Made by a program: the position numbers and the translations under genes | Source of the DNA: Nanobdellota archaeon | Lineage (GTDB): Archaea; Nanobdellota; Nanobdellia; Woesearchaeales; GW2011-AR9 | Assembly: GCA_030647325.1 (NCBI GenBank) | Contig: JAUSJN010000054.1 | Coordinates: 1-47,408, forward strand | DNA length: 47,408 nucleotides | Direction: 5' to 3' | The notes under the pieces: model-generated | What the model was told of the DNA's origin: nothing | The model's database searches: none | What the model saw: the letters and a program-made list of their open reading frames with translations, nothing else | Part shown: piece by piece, positions 25,756-33,777 of the stretch | Layout: every line of letters starts with the position of its first letter | Position numbering within the stretch: the stretch's first letter is position 1

Positions 25756-27491
25756 AAAAGCACCAGCTTTCTTCGTGGGATCTCTCAGAGATAAAACCGG
25801 ATCATCTGCAGAAAACATTCCAGGAGATCGAGACCAGGACAAAACATATCGAACACTGGCGTCCTAAACTTAACGCTAAAATCTCGTCTAAGGATTTTAT
25901 CTCTCTTCTTGCGGAGTTAGAGAAACTTCAGATCATCAATAGCAAAGTGGGCGTCTACGCCCAACTTAGGTTTGCGGAAGATTCCAGCGACCAGGAAGCG
26001 AGCGCTTTACAGTCGCAGGTTGAGACTTTTCTTACTAACATAAGTAATCGTCTGCTTTTTTTTAACCTGTGGTTCAAACAACTGCCGGAAAAAGAAGCCT
26101 CGCGCTTGATCAAAGCCAGCGGGAAGTATCGTTACTTCCTGGAAAAGATGTATAAATCCAAGCCTTACATCTTGGATGAAAAGGAAGAGAAGATCGTCAA
26201 CATCAAGGATGTGTCTGGCGTGTCGGCCTTGAATAGCATCTATAATATTCTCTGTTCTCAATTCCAATTTGAGTTTGAAGGGAAGAAAATAGGGCAGGAA
26301 GAATTACTCACCGCAGTGCGTAGTCATTCGCCCGAAAGAAGAGAAGCAGCCTATCGCACCTTGTTGGAAAAATACAGGTCTCACAAGGATCTGATAGGAG
26401 AAGTGTACCGCAACATCGTCAACGATTGGCGGGAAGAAAATATCCGGCTGAGAGGATACGATAGTCCCATCCATGTCCGCAATGTCGGCAATGACATCCC
26501 TGATAAAGCGGTAGAAGCATTGCTGAAAGTCTGCGAACGCAATGAATCATTATTCCAGCGTTTCTTTGAATTGAAACGGAAGAAAATCGGCCTGAAAAAG
26601 ATGCGCCGTTTTGATCTTTACGCTCCCCTGCAGAAGAAAAAAGAAAAAGAGATACCTTATCATGAAGGCGTGACCACGGTCTTGGAGACCTTCCATGATT
26701 TCTCTCCGGCCTTTCATCGTGAAGCGTTGAATATCATCACTGCTGACCATATCCATTCTAAAGTTCAAAAGAATAAAGACACCGGTGCATTTTGCTGCAG
26801 CGTCACCTCGAAATTAAATCCTTATGTGTTGTTGAATTATACCGGGACCTTACGTGATGTCTCGACTCTCGCACATGAGCTAGGGCATGGCATCCATCAC
26901 AATCTTGCCCGCGGCCAGACCGAGTTTACCTTTCACGCGCCACTTCCTTTGGCAGAGACGGCTTCTATCTTTTCCGAGATGGTCCTTTCTGAACGTCTTT
27001 TGAAAAAATATCCTGACCGCGCCAAAGAATTGCTTTTCACCAAGCTGGATGAGATATATGCTTCCATCATCCGGCAGGCAGGATTTGTACGTTTTGAGAT
27101 GAAAGCGCATAAGATGCTGGAAGATGGAAAAACCATCGATGAGATCAGCAAAGTCTATCTGCAGGATCTGCGCAAGCAGCTAGGTCCAAAAGTGGAGATA
27201 GATGATATTTATGCTTACGAATGGTGCTATATCCCTCATATTTTCCACACCCCCTTTTACTGTTATGCCTATGCTTTTGGAAATTTACTGACCCTTGCGC
27301 TGTATGAGACCTACAAGGAAAAAGGTCCTGCATACGCTGACAAGATTGTGGAGATGTTAGCCAAAGGCGGAAGCCAATCTCCGCTGGAGATCACCAAGGC
27401 AGTCGGCGCAGACATCACTTCGGAAAAATTCTGGCAGGGCGGATTTGATGTGATCGCAGGGATGCTGAAAAAAGTTGAAGATACGCGATAA
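25752..27491 (+). CDS. pepF: Oligoendopeptidase F (M3B)
   Basis: WDLS, TLAHELGHGIH, LAETASIFSE and HIFHTPFYCYAYAFG. Confidence 0.93.
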   Translation: MKKHQLSSWDLSEIKPDHLQKTFQEIETRTKHIEHWRPKLNAKISSKDFISLLAELEKLQIINSKVGVYAQLRFAEDSSDQEASALQSQVETFLTNISNRLLFFNLWFKQLPEKEASRLIKASGKYRYFLEKMYKSKPYILDEKEEKIVNIKDVSGVSALNSIYNILCSQFQFEFEGKKIGQEELLTAVRSHSPERREAAYRTLLEKYRSHKDLIGEVYRNIVNDWREENIRLRGYDSPIHVRNVGNDIPDKAVEALLKVCERNESLFQRFFELKRKKIGLKKMRRFDLYAPLQKKKEKEIPYHEGVTTVLETFHDFSPAFHREALNIITADHIHSKVQKNKDTGAFCCSVTSKLNPYVLLNYTGTLRDVSTLAHELGHGIHHNLARGQTEFTFHAPLPLAETASIFSEMVLSERLLKKYPDRAKELLFTKLDEIYASIIRQAGFVRFEMKAHKMLEDGKTIDEISKVYLQDLRKQLGPKVEIDDIYAYEWCYIPHIFHTPFYCYAYAFGNLLTLALYETYKEKGPAYADKIVEMLAKGGSQSPLEITKAVGADITSEKFWQGGFDVIAGMLKKVEDTR

Positions 27492-27504
27492 ATTCAATAG
27501 CTAT

Positions 27505-27613
27505 AAGAAATCACTTAAATAATCGTAAGATTATCAAAACTTAAGTGATTTCTTTATTAGGAAATAACTTTAGATTTGCTTTTCAGCTATCTGAAAATTA
27601 AAGTTATTTCCTA
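27505..27613. repeat. Mirror pair of nested hairpins
   Basis: 14-bp and 15-bp perfect stems, each with an inner tetraloop hairpin and an approximately 6-nt one-sided bulge. Confidence 0.8.
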
Positions 27614-27648
27614 TAAACTTTTAAAAATGAGGGGAGTCTTTCACCTTC

Positions 27649-28692
27649 ATGCTCCATTCCGCCCAAATAAGTATGCTGCAAGAGGAACTGAAAACTGCGA
27701 AAAACCCCTTGTTTATCTACGATTCTGATGCTGACGGCTTGTGTTCTTTCTTATTATTATACCGGGTTCACCGTGAGGGGAAGGGGATAAGGGTAACTAA
27801 TACTTCAAAGATGGATGAGCAATTTGTGCGGAAAGTGCAGGAGATCAATCCGGATAAGATCTTTGTGCTGGACATCCCGACCCTGGATCAGCAGTTTGTG
27901 GACGCCGTAAAAGTTCCCATCTTCTGGATAGATCATCATCAGCCGCAGCAGATAAAAAATGTACATTATTTTAACCCGCGCCTAAAAGATGCTGCCGCCT
28001 ATGTGCCGACTACCAGGATGGCCTATCAGGTTTCGCAGGATCAGGATGACCTCTGGATCGCTGCTGCCGGCTGTTTAGCGGACTGGCACATGCCTGATTT
28101 CATTGACAGTTTTATTGAGAAATTTCCAGAATTGCTTCCAGAAAAAACAGACCTGGCCACGGCCTTGTATAAACATCAGGTCGGCAAGTTAGTGAAATTG
28201 TTTTTCTTCCTGCAGAAAGGGTCTAGTCCCGAAGTGCATAAATCCATCAGCATCTTGACCAAGATAAAATCACCTCAGGAAATATTGCAGCAGCAATCTT
28301 CCCCGGGAAAATTCCTGTATAAGCGTTTTGAAAAAGTCAACGCCAAATACGAAGAAGTCCTGGCCCAGGCAAAAAAGAATATCTCTAAGAGCAAGATCAT
28401 CCTCTTCACCTATAATTCCACCCAATGGTCTTTTACTACCAATGTCGCTAATGAATTATCAGCGCTCTATCCCAAGAAAGTGGTCATCATCGCCAGGGAA
28501 AAATCTGGTTCCATGAAATGCAGTCTCCGCGCTCAATTTGCGATCGCCGGAGCTTTGGAAAAAGCCTTGGTCGGCATCGAAGGATACGGAGGAGGGCATC
28601 CTAATGCCTGCGGTGCAGTCATCAAACAAGAAGACTGGTCTCGTTTTTTAGACAATTTCAAAGAAGAATTGAAACATGGCCATTCCAACTGA
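27649..28692 (+). CDS. DHH family phosphoesterase (DHH + DHHA1)
   Basis: DSDADGLCS, VLD, IDHH and GGGHPNACG. Confidence 0.92.
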   Translation: MLHSAQISMLQEELKTAKNPLFIYDSDADGLCSFLLLYRVHREGKGIRVTNTSKMDEQFVRKVQEINPDKIFVLDIPTLDQQFVDAVKVPIFWIDHHQPQQIKNVHYFNPRLKDAAAYVPTTRMAYQVSQDQDDLWIAAAGCLADWHMPDFIDSFIEKFPELLPEKTDLATALYKHQVGKLVKLFFFLQKGSSPEVHKSISILTKIKSPQEILQQQSSPGKFLYKRFEKVNAKYEEVLAQAKKNISKSKIILFTYNSTQWSFTTNVANELSALYPKKVVIIAREKSGSMKCSLRAQFAIAGALEKALVGIEGYGGGHPNACGAVIKQEDWSRFLDNFKEELKHGHSN

Positions 28693-29068
28693 TCTCATCT
28701 CTATAGTGCTTATTCCTCTCTTTTCCCTGAGCGGCCTCTTGGCAGGCATAGTTCTTTCCCATCTCGCTCGAGAAGAATCAACAGTCGGAAAAAAATATTT
28801 CATCCTGATGTACAGGATTATTTTTGTTTCGCTATCGCTTTCCATAACTTATTTTTTATCCTTCCATATTAGTGTATCACTCGTTTTCTTAGCTTTTGGG
28901 TTAATATTGTTAGCTATAGACTTCAAAAAATACTTTAGATCTATGTTCATCATCCATTACCTCTTTTTCCTAGCTGGTTACTTTATCTCTGGCCAACAAC
29001 TTATCATCGCTGCAATCCTATTTTTGTATGGCTTGCCCGTCGGGACTTTACTGCGGCTGAAACAATAA
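28676..29068 (+). CDS. Hypothetical membrane protein
   Basis: Multiple hydrophobic helices; overlaps the upstream gene. Confidence 0.75.
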   Translation: MAIPTDLISIVLIPLFSLSGLLAGIVLSHLAREESTVGKKYFILMYRIIFVSLSLSITYFLSFHISVSLVFLAFGLILLAIDFKKYFRSMFIIHYLFFLAGYFISGQQLIIAAILFLYGLPVGTLLRLKQ

Positions 29069-29084
29069 TTGAAGAAGAATAAAA

Positions 29085-29762
29085 ATGAATAAATACGATT
29101 TAGAAGAGACCGTTAAAGGAAAAGTGGCTTTGCTGTTAGAAGAGACCATGGAAAAGAGCTGGGGGATCTATATCCCTCAGGTCCAGTCTGACATCACCGA
29201 CAAATTACAGACCAATCTTCCTGTAATATTTTATGTCTCTCTGGCCAGCTCTTTCCAGGATGCAAAAAAAAGATTTAAGTTTGAATTCCTGAAAAATCAG
29301 CTGCATCTCCATGGCGGGAACATTTCCCAGTTAGCCCAGTTTGTAGGACTGGATCGGCGCAGCGTGCATCGTGCTATTAAAAGATTGGATCTTCATCTGG
29401 AAGATGTCCGGCGTGAAGCGCATCACAGCAGCTCTTATCAAGAAAAGATGATCAATCAGACCATACGCTTTGCCTTGGAAGAGTATAAGGATATCATCCA
29501 GCCGCAGAAGATGGAAAAAATGTATCTGGAAGTGCCTCTCCTTTCCAGGCATCTCGCGAAATTACTTCCCCATAATCATCTTACTTGGAAACAGGCGGAA
29601 CGCGAATTTGAAAAACAGTTTTTATCACAAGCTCTGGTTGAGCATAAAGGGAAGATTGCTGAGACTGCACGCCGGATACAGATCCAGCCTGAAACCTTGC
29701 ATAGAAAGATTTCAAGATTAGGACTAAAAGCGAGCGCCCTTGCTGCCCAGCCTTCTCAATAA
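29085..29762 (+). CDS. Protein with two Fis-type (HTH_8) helix-turn-helix domains
   Basis: HGGNISQLAQFVGLDRRSVHRAIKRL and FEKQFLSQALVEHKGKIAETARRIQIQPETLHRKISRL. Confidence 0.8.
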   Translation: MNKYDLEETVKGKVALLLEETMEKSWGIYIPQVQSDITDKLQTNLPVIFYVSLASSFQDAKKRFKFEFLKNQLHLHGGNISQLAQFVGLDRRSVHRAIKRLDLHLEDVRREAHHSSSYQEKMINQTIRFALEEYKDIIQPQKMEKMYLEVPLLSRHLAKLLPHNHLTWKQAEREFEKQFLSQALVEHKGKIAETARRIQIQPETLHRKISRLGLKASALAAQPSQ

Positions 29763-29792
29763 CTATATAAATTGTAAAATTATTCAAGCTCT

Positions 29793-30209
29793 ATGTCTAA
29801 AAAAGATAGTTCCAATCACAAAGCTAATGGAAATGTTCATCTTCCTTATCACCAAAAACTGACCTTAGGCCAGAGAGCAGCAGATAAGATCACTACATAC
29901 GGCGGGAGCTGGTATTTTATCGGGCTTTTGTTTTTCTATATCGCGGTCTGGGCTGGAGTAAACAGCTGGCTGCTGGCATATAGGCCGCTGGACCCTTATC
30001 CTTATATTCTTCTTAACCTGACTCTTTCCATGCTTGCTGCCATTCAAGGCCCTATTATCTTGATGAGCCAAAATCGGCTGGCAGAACGCGATCGGCTTCA
30101 GGCAAAATATGATTATCTAGTGGATCGAAAGGCGGAACGGGAAATCCAAGAGCTGCAGAAAGAATTGAAACGCACCCAGCAGATGCTCATGAAAACGTCG
30201 CGAAAATAA
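29793..30209 (+). CDS. DUF1003 membrane protein
   Basis: GQRAAD...GGSW and DPYPYILLNL.LS..AAIQGPIILMSQNR. Confidence 0.92.
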   Translation: MSKKDSSNHKANGNVHLPYHQKLTLGQRAADKITTYGGSWYFIGLLFFYIAVWAGVNSWLLAYRPLDPYPYILLNLTLSMLAAIQGPIILMSQNRLAERDRLQAKYDYLVDRKAEREIQELQKELKRTQQMLMKTSRK

Positions 30210-30257
30210 TTCTTAGTCTTAGATAAACTTATAAATCTCTAATTGCAGTTCTTTATC

Positions 30258-30620
30258 ATGGACGCATCAAAGAGACTTTTAGTGGTCGAGGATGAGAAAG
30301 TTGTACGAGATGGCCTGCGGTCAGAAATTTCTACTTGGGGGTATCATGTTGACGCTCTTGCTGATGGACAGGACCTTTTACAAAATTATGTTCCAGGAGA
30401 ATATGATGCTGTTCTGATGGACACTCAGATGGAACGTTCTGTGGGGTACGAAGTCTGTGCAGAACTGCGTAAACTGGATTCAAAGATAATTATCATAGGC
30501 ATGTCTTCTGATAAAGCTTACCATTTAGCATGGATGGATGCAGGGGCCACTCATTTTTTGCCCAAAGCAAGATTGCATTGTGATTTACAGAAAGTTCTCC
30601 AGCAATACCTAAACAAGTAA
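30258..30620 (+). CDS. Stand-alone response regulator receiver (CheY-like)
   Basis: VVEDE, LMD phosphoacceptor, GMS and AGATHFLPK; ATG 30258 follows a TTATAAAT box. Confidence 0.9.
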   Translation: MDASKRLLVVEDEKVVRDGLRSEISTWGYHVDALADGQDLLQNYVPGEYDAVLMDTQMERSVGYEVCAELRKLDSKIIIIGMSSDKAYHLAWMDAGATHFLPKARLHCDLQKVLQQYLNK

Positions 30621-30686
30621 AATTTAATTAAATTTTAATCAAATAAAAAGAACTCTGCCGAGATTAAGAAAAAAGAGAAAAACAAC

Positions 30687-31199
30687 TCACCTCTTAAATC
30701 TCTTCACTGCTTTGGCAAATTCTTCCTTTGCTTCTTTTGCTCCTTTGATACCCTTGACTTCCACTTTCTTGCCCTGCAGATCCTTATAATGTTCAAGGAA
30801 ATGTTTCATGGCTTTTAATGAATGTTCCGGCAGATCTTTCACATCCTTGACCTGTTTGTGATACGGATCATCAGCTGCTACGCAGATCAATTTGTCATCC
30901 TGTTCTCCATTATCGACCATGATGATGATGCCTACAGGGCGTGCTTTCACCAACACTCCCGGAAAAGTAGGTTCATCCAGCAGCACAAAACCATCCATCG
31001 GATCTCCATCTTCGCATAATGTTCCTGGCACAAAGCCGTAATCAGCAGGGTAATGGAACGGTGAATACAGGACTCTGTCCAAGGTAAATATTTTATATCC
31101 TTTATCATACTCATACTTGTTTTGCTTTCCTTTTGGGATCTCGATGATGAGATTGACTTCATCTTCGCTGCCCGGAGGGATATCTTTCAATAGATTCAT
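30687..31199 (-). CDS. ppa: Inorganic pyrophosphatase (family I)
   Basis: IEIPKG, KYE, DRVL, YGFVP, DGDPMD and DDK; AGGTGA RBS favours ATG 31199. Confidence 0.96.
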   Translation of the reverse strand: MNLLKDIPPGSEDEVNLIIEIPKGKQNKYEYDKGYKIFTLDRVLYSPFHYPADYGFVPGTLCEDGDPMDGFVLLDEPTFPGVLVKARPVGIIIMVDNGEQDDKLICVAADDPYHKQVKDVKDLPEHSLKAMKHFLEHYKDLQGKKVEVKGIKGAKEAKEEFAKAVKRFKR

Positions 31200-31262
31200 G
31201 ATGGTCACCTTGTATTTGTTTTATGCATTCTTCCTTTCTTGGTTTAAAAATATTGTGTTTGA

Positions 31263-31451
31263 AGACACTGTAACTTTATCGGCAGGTATTGCGTAATCGC
31301 CGATTGGCCGAGTCTCATTGTCTAGTCACTCCGTTCATGACTTGCCTATCGGCAAGAGTTGATTGAGATGACCTGAGCCGAATAAAATGAGGCGAGGTTG
31401 AGAAGCCGGCTAGGCTCCGCAATACCGGCCGCCGATAAGTTAACAGTGTCT
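31263..31451. mobile_element. MITE/REPIN-like element with about 30-bp imperfect terminal inverted repeats
   Basis: AGACACTGTAACTTTATCGGCAGGTATTGCG versus CGCAATACCGGCCGCCGATAAGTTAACAGTGTCT; internal hairpins; no coding capacity. Confidence 0.6.
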
Positions 31452-31466
31452 GCTTGAAGCTCTTAT

Positions 31467-31838
31467 CTAAGACACCATGATGATTCTTTTCTTCTGCCGG
31501 ATGGTCAAGTACGGTCTCTTCAGGCGCTTTTTCAGCTGGACATCTTGAGTCAGGACCAGATCTCCTTTTTTGGAATGTTCCACCAATAGATCATCTACAT
31601 TTCCCAACTCCGGAAGGACAGGAATTTTTTTTACTTTGATGATGCCTAAGGCTAACAAAGCTGCCTGCCTAAATTTTGCTCTTTGCTCAGAGACAACTTT
31701 TTGTAATTCTTCGATCACTCCGGCTAAGGTTACCACTTTATAAGAAAAATCACAATCCCTTTCCAGGGCAGTAAATATATCCAGCTTAAATTCCGTGATC
31801 GCCATCCAGGCATTGGTATCAATGATGACTTGTTTCAT
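31467..31838 (-). CDS. PIN domain protein (Fcf1/Utp24-like)
   Basis: IIDTNA, V.EEL, VDD.L, VLTQD..LK and IRQKK. Confidence 0.85.
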   Translation of the reverse strand: MKQVIIDTNAWMAITEFKLDIFTALERDCDFSYKVVTLAGVIEELQKVVSEQRAKFRQAALLALGIIKVKKIPVLPELGNVDDLLVEHSKKGDLVLTQDVQLKKRLKRPYLTIRQKKRIIMVS

Positions 31839-32676
31839 CTTTCTTTTCTGGTTTTATTTCCTGTATCGCGGCGATCCAAAAAATGCGCGTTAGGCTTACC
31901 ATCACCATGCAAAATAATCCTAAGAACAGCAGCAGGGTTACCGACTCACCGTATTCAATAGCTGCATAGAGAACACTAAAACTGGCTAATAGCGCCACAG
32001 CGATGAGGAAAAAAGCGATCACTGTCTTTTGAAATTTACTGATGGAAAATTCAATCCAGGTCAGGGCGAATCTCTTCCATGGTTTATGTGGGGCGACTGC
32101 CAGCGCGACTAAGAAGAAATAATATATCACCAATAAAGCGATCAGCAAGGATTTCAGCACTATCGCTATATTGGTAAAAGATTGGCTTATCCTGATGAAA
32201 TGGAGTAACACATAGTAGGAGATGATCGCGAATGGCCCTAATAACAGCAACGCAGCAGCCCACGCTTTCAGCAGGAATTGCGCTCCTTCTTTCAGTCTTA
32301 TTCTCCACTGCTGTCGCTCCTGCAGCATCCAGTGGCTGAGCAGCCAGATGCTCCCGTTGAGCGATAAGAAAAGCACTGCCAGCCCGGCCAGAAACAAAAA
32401 CACATTCTTTAGCATGGACCTGTAACTGTTGTAGATGGAAGCATAATCCGGGGTGAAGGACTCCCCCTGTTCGATCTTTTGCGAATCATAATTGGCATTT
32501 TCTAAGGGCACGATGATCCCTTGTGCATCTTCTAAGACCTTGAATAGATATTGTGTCCCTAAAGCCAGAGAAGAGACTACGAAGATGATCTGCAAGATGA
32601 CGATCAACGCAAAAAGTAATCTATGTCTCTTGATGGAATTGACCGTAGTGCGCAATCCTTTTTTGAGATACTCCAT
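31819..32676 (-). CDS. Hypothetical polytopic membrane protein
   Basis: About 6 TM helices; overlaps the PIN gene. Confidence 0.75.
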   Translation of the reverse strand: MEYLKKGLRTTVNSIKRHRLLFALIVILQIIFVVSSLALGTQYLFKVLEDAQGIIVPLENANYDSQKIEQGESFTPDYASIYNSYRSMLKNVFLFLAGLAVLFLSLNGSIWLLSHWMLQERQQWRIRLKEGAQFLLKAWAAALLLLGPFAIISYYVLLHFIRISQSFTNIAIVLKSLLIALLVIYYFFLVALAVAPHKPWKRFALTWIEFSISKFQKTVIAFFLIAVALLASFSVLYAAIEYGESVTLLLFLGLFCMVMVSLTRIFWIAAIQEIKPEKKDETSHH

Positions 32677-32713
32677 CTGTCAGGAAAGAGAAACTAAGTT
32701 TAAAGACTTTTCT

Positions 32714-32935
32714 GTTTGGGCAGATATCGTCGTCACAAGAAATCAAACAACGATTTGATTTCTGTGCAGAAATGAGGTAGTTTTCCGCATTTCTTGCATG
32801 GCCTTAAGGCGAGCCGAGAACAGCTCTTGCTTGGCACGTAATTCATTGATGCTTTCCCTCCAAATTTACTTGCGATGTTCAGCTAAAAAACAAAGAGAAA
32901 GCACGAGGCGAGCGGCCAAGACGATATCTGCAAAC
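32714..32935. repeat. Composite palindromic element containing double-hairpin unit 4
   Basis: Terminal GCAGATATCGTC/GACGATATCTGC; unit at 32733-32799; GAGCCGA...GAGGCGAG motif shared with 31375-31396. Confidence 0.85.
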
Positions 32936-32939
32936 GATT

Positions 32940-33680
32940 TCACAAATAATCATCTTCCAACGGCGTACCAGTAAGGAACTTCCTAAATTTTTGCAATGAG
33001 GGAATATTATTGGTCTTAGTGACCACACCGCAGAGCTGTAATTCTTTCTCGTTGATAAGATATACTCCTCCGCCAGAATTACCGCCGATCATGTAGATGT
33101 CTAAAAAGGTCTTATCATCGGCTATTTTTTTCACCCTAGTGTTGAATAATTCTTTATTTCCTCTCGGAAAGCCGGCGCCGATGACATAATCTTGCGGATC
33201 AAGATATTTGGCGATCTTCCCTCTGAATGGTTTCACCGGTTGGTCATTTATATCTTTGAGATAACCGTCCACTTTCAGCAAGGCTAGATCGTTTTCTTCA
33301 TCCTCTTTGAAGACGGAAGCTTCATGTCCTCCAACCATTATTACTTCCCTTACTATTTTTGTGGTTCTCCCGGTCTTCTGGCTGGTATACATTCCGTCTG
33401 AGGTGATATGCTCTGCAGTGAGAATGTAATTATCCCCGGTCTGTGAATCGACTATCAAGGTTCCTGAACCAAACCATAATTTTAAAAAATCCTGATCATC
33501 ATCAACTTTTTGTTCTAAAGTTATGGTCGTGTTTACTCGAAAGGTAGCATCATATAGGGCATCTAATTGTTCTTTCGTAAAATAATTTCCTTTGTCTTCG
33601 CCTGGATTATTGTCAGAGGTGCATAATACGCCTGCAAATGCCAGGGTGGCGAGGCCAATTCTTTTTCTGTACTTTTTCAT
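32940..33680 (-). CDS. Secreted trypsin-like serine protease
   Basis: GSG, ILTAEH, DLALL and GGNSGGG triad motifs; N-terminal signal peptide. Confidence 0.88.
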   Translation of the reverse strand: MKKYRKRIGLATLAFAGVLCTSDNNPGEDKGNYFTKEQLDALYDATFRVNTTITLEQKVDDDQDFLKLWFGSGTLIVDSQTGDNYILTAEHITSDGMYTSQKTGRTTKIVREVIMVGGHEASVFKEDEENDLALLKVDGYLKDINDQPVKPFRGKIAKYLDPQDYVIGAGFPRGNKELFNTRVKKIADDKTFLDIYMIGGNSGGGVYLINEKELQLCGVVTKTNNIPSLQKFRKFLTGTPLEDDYL

Positions 33681-33777
33681 ATCACTACATCACCAAGAAT
33701 AATGTTAAATAAAAAAGGTGAATATAAACTCTATCTTAATGGAGTATATTCATTTTGGAGAACAATAAAAAAAATAT

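Noticed and set aside
30618..30637. Perfect AT-only palindrome TAAAATTTAATTAAATTTTA
   Set aside because: Low complexity and located between convergent genes; most simply a terminator region or chance.
31263..31451. SRP RNA, RNase P RNA or tRNA
   Set aside because: No SRP helix-8 motif, RNase P P4 consensus or tRNA T-arm found on either strand by eye.
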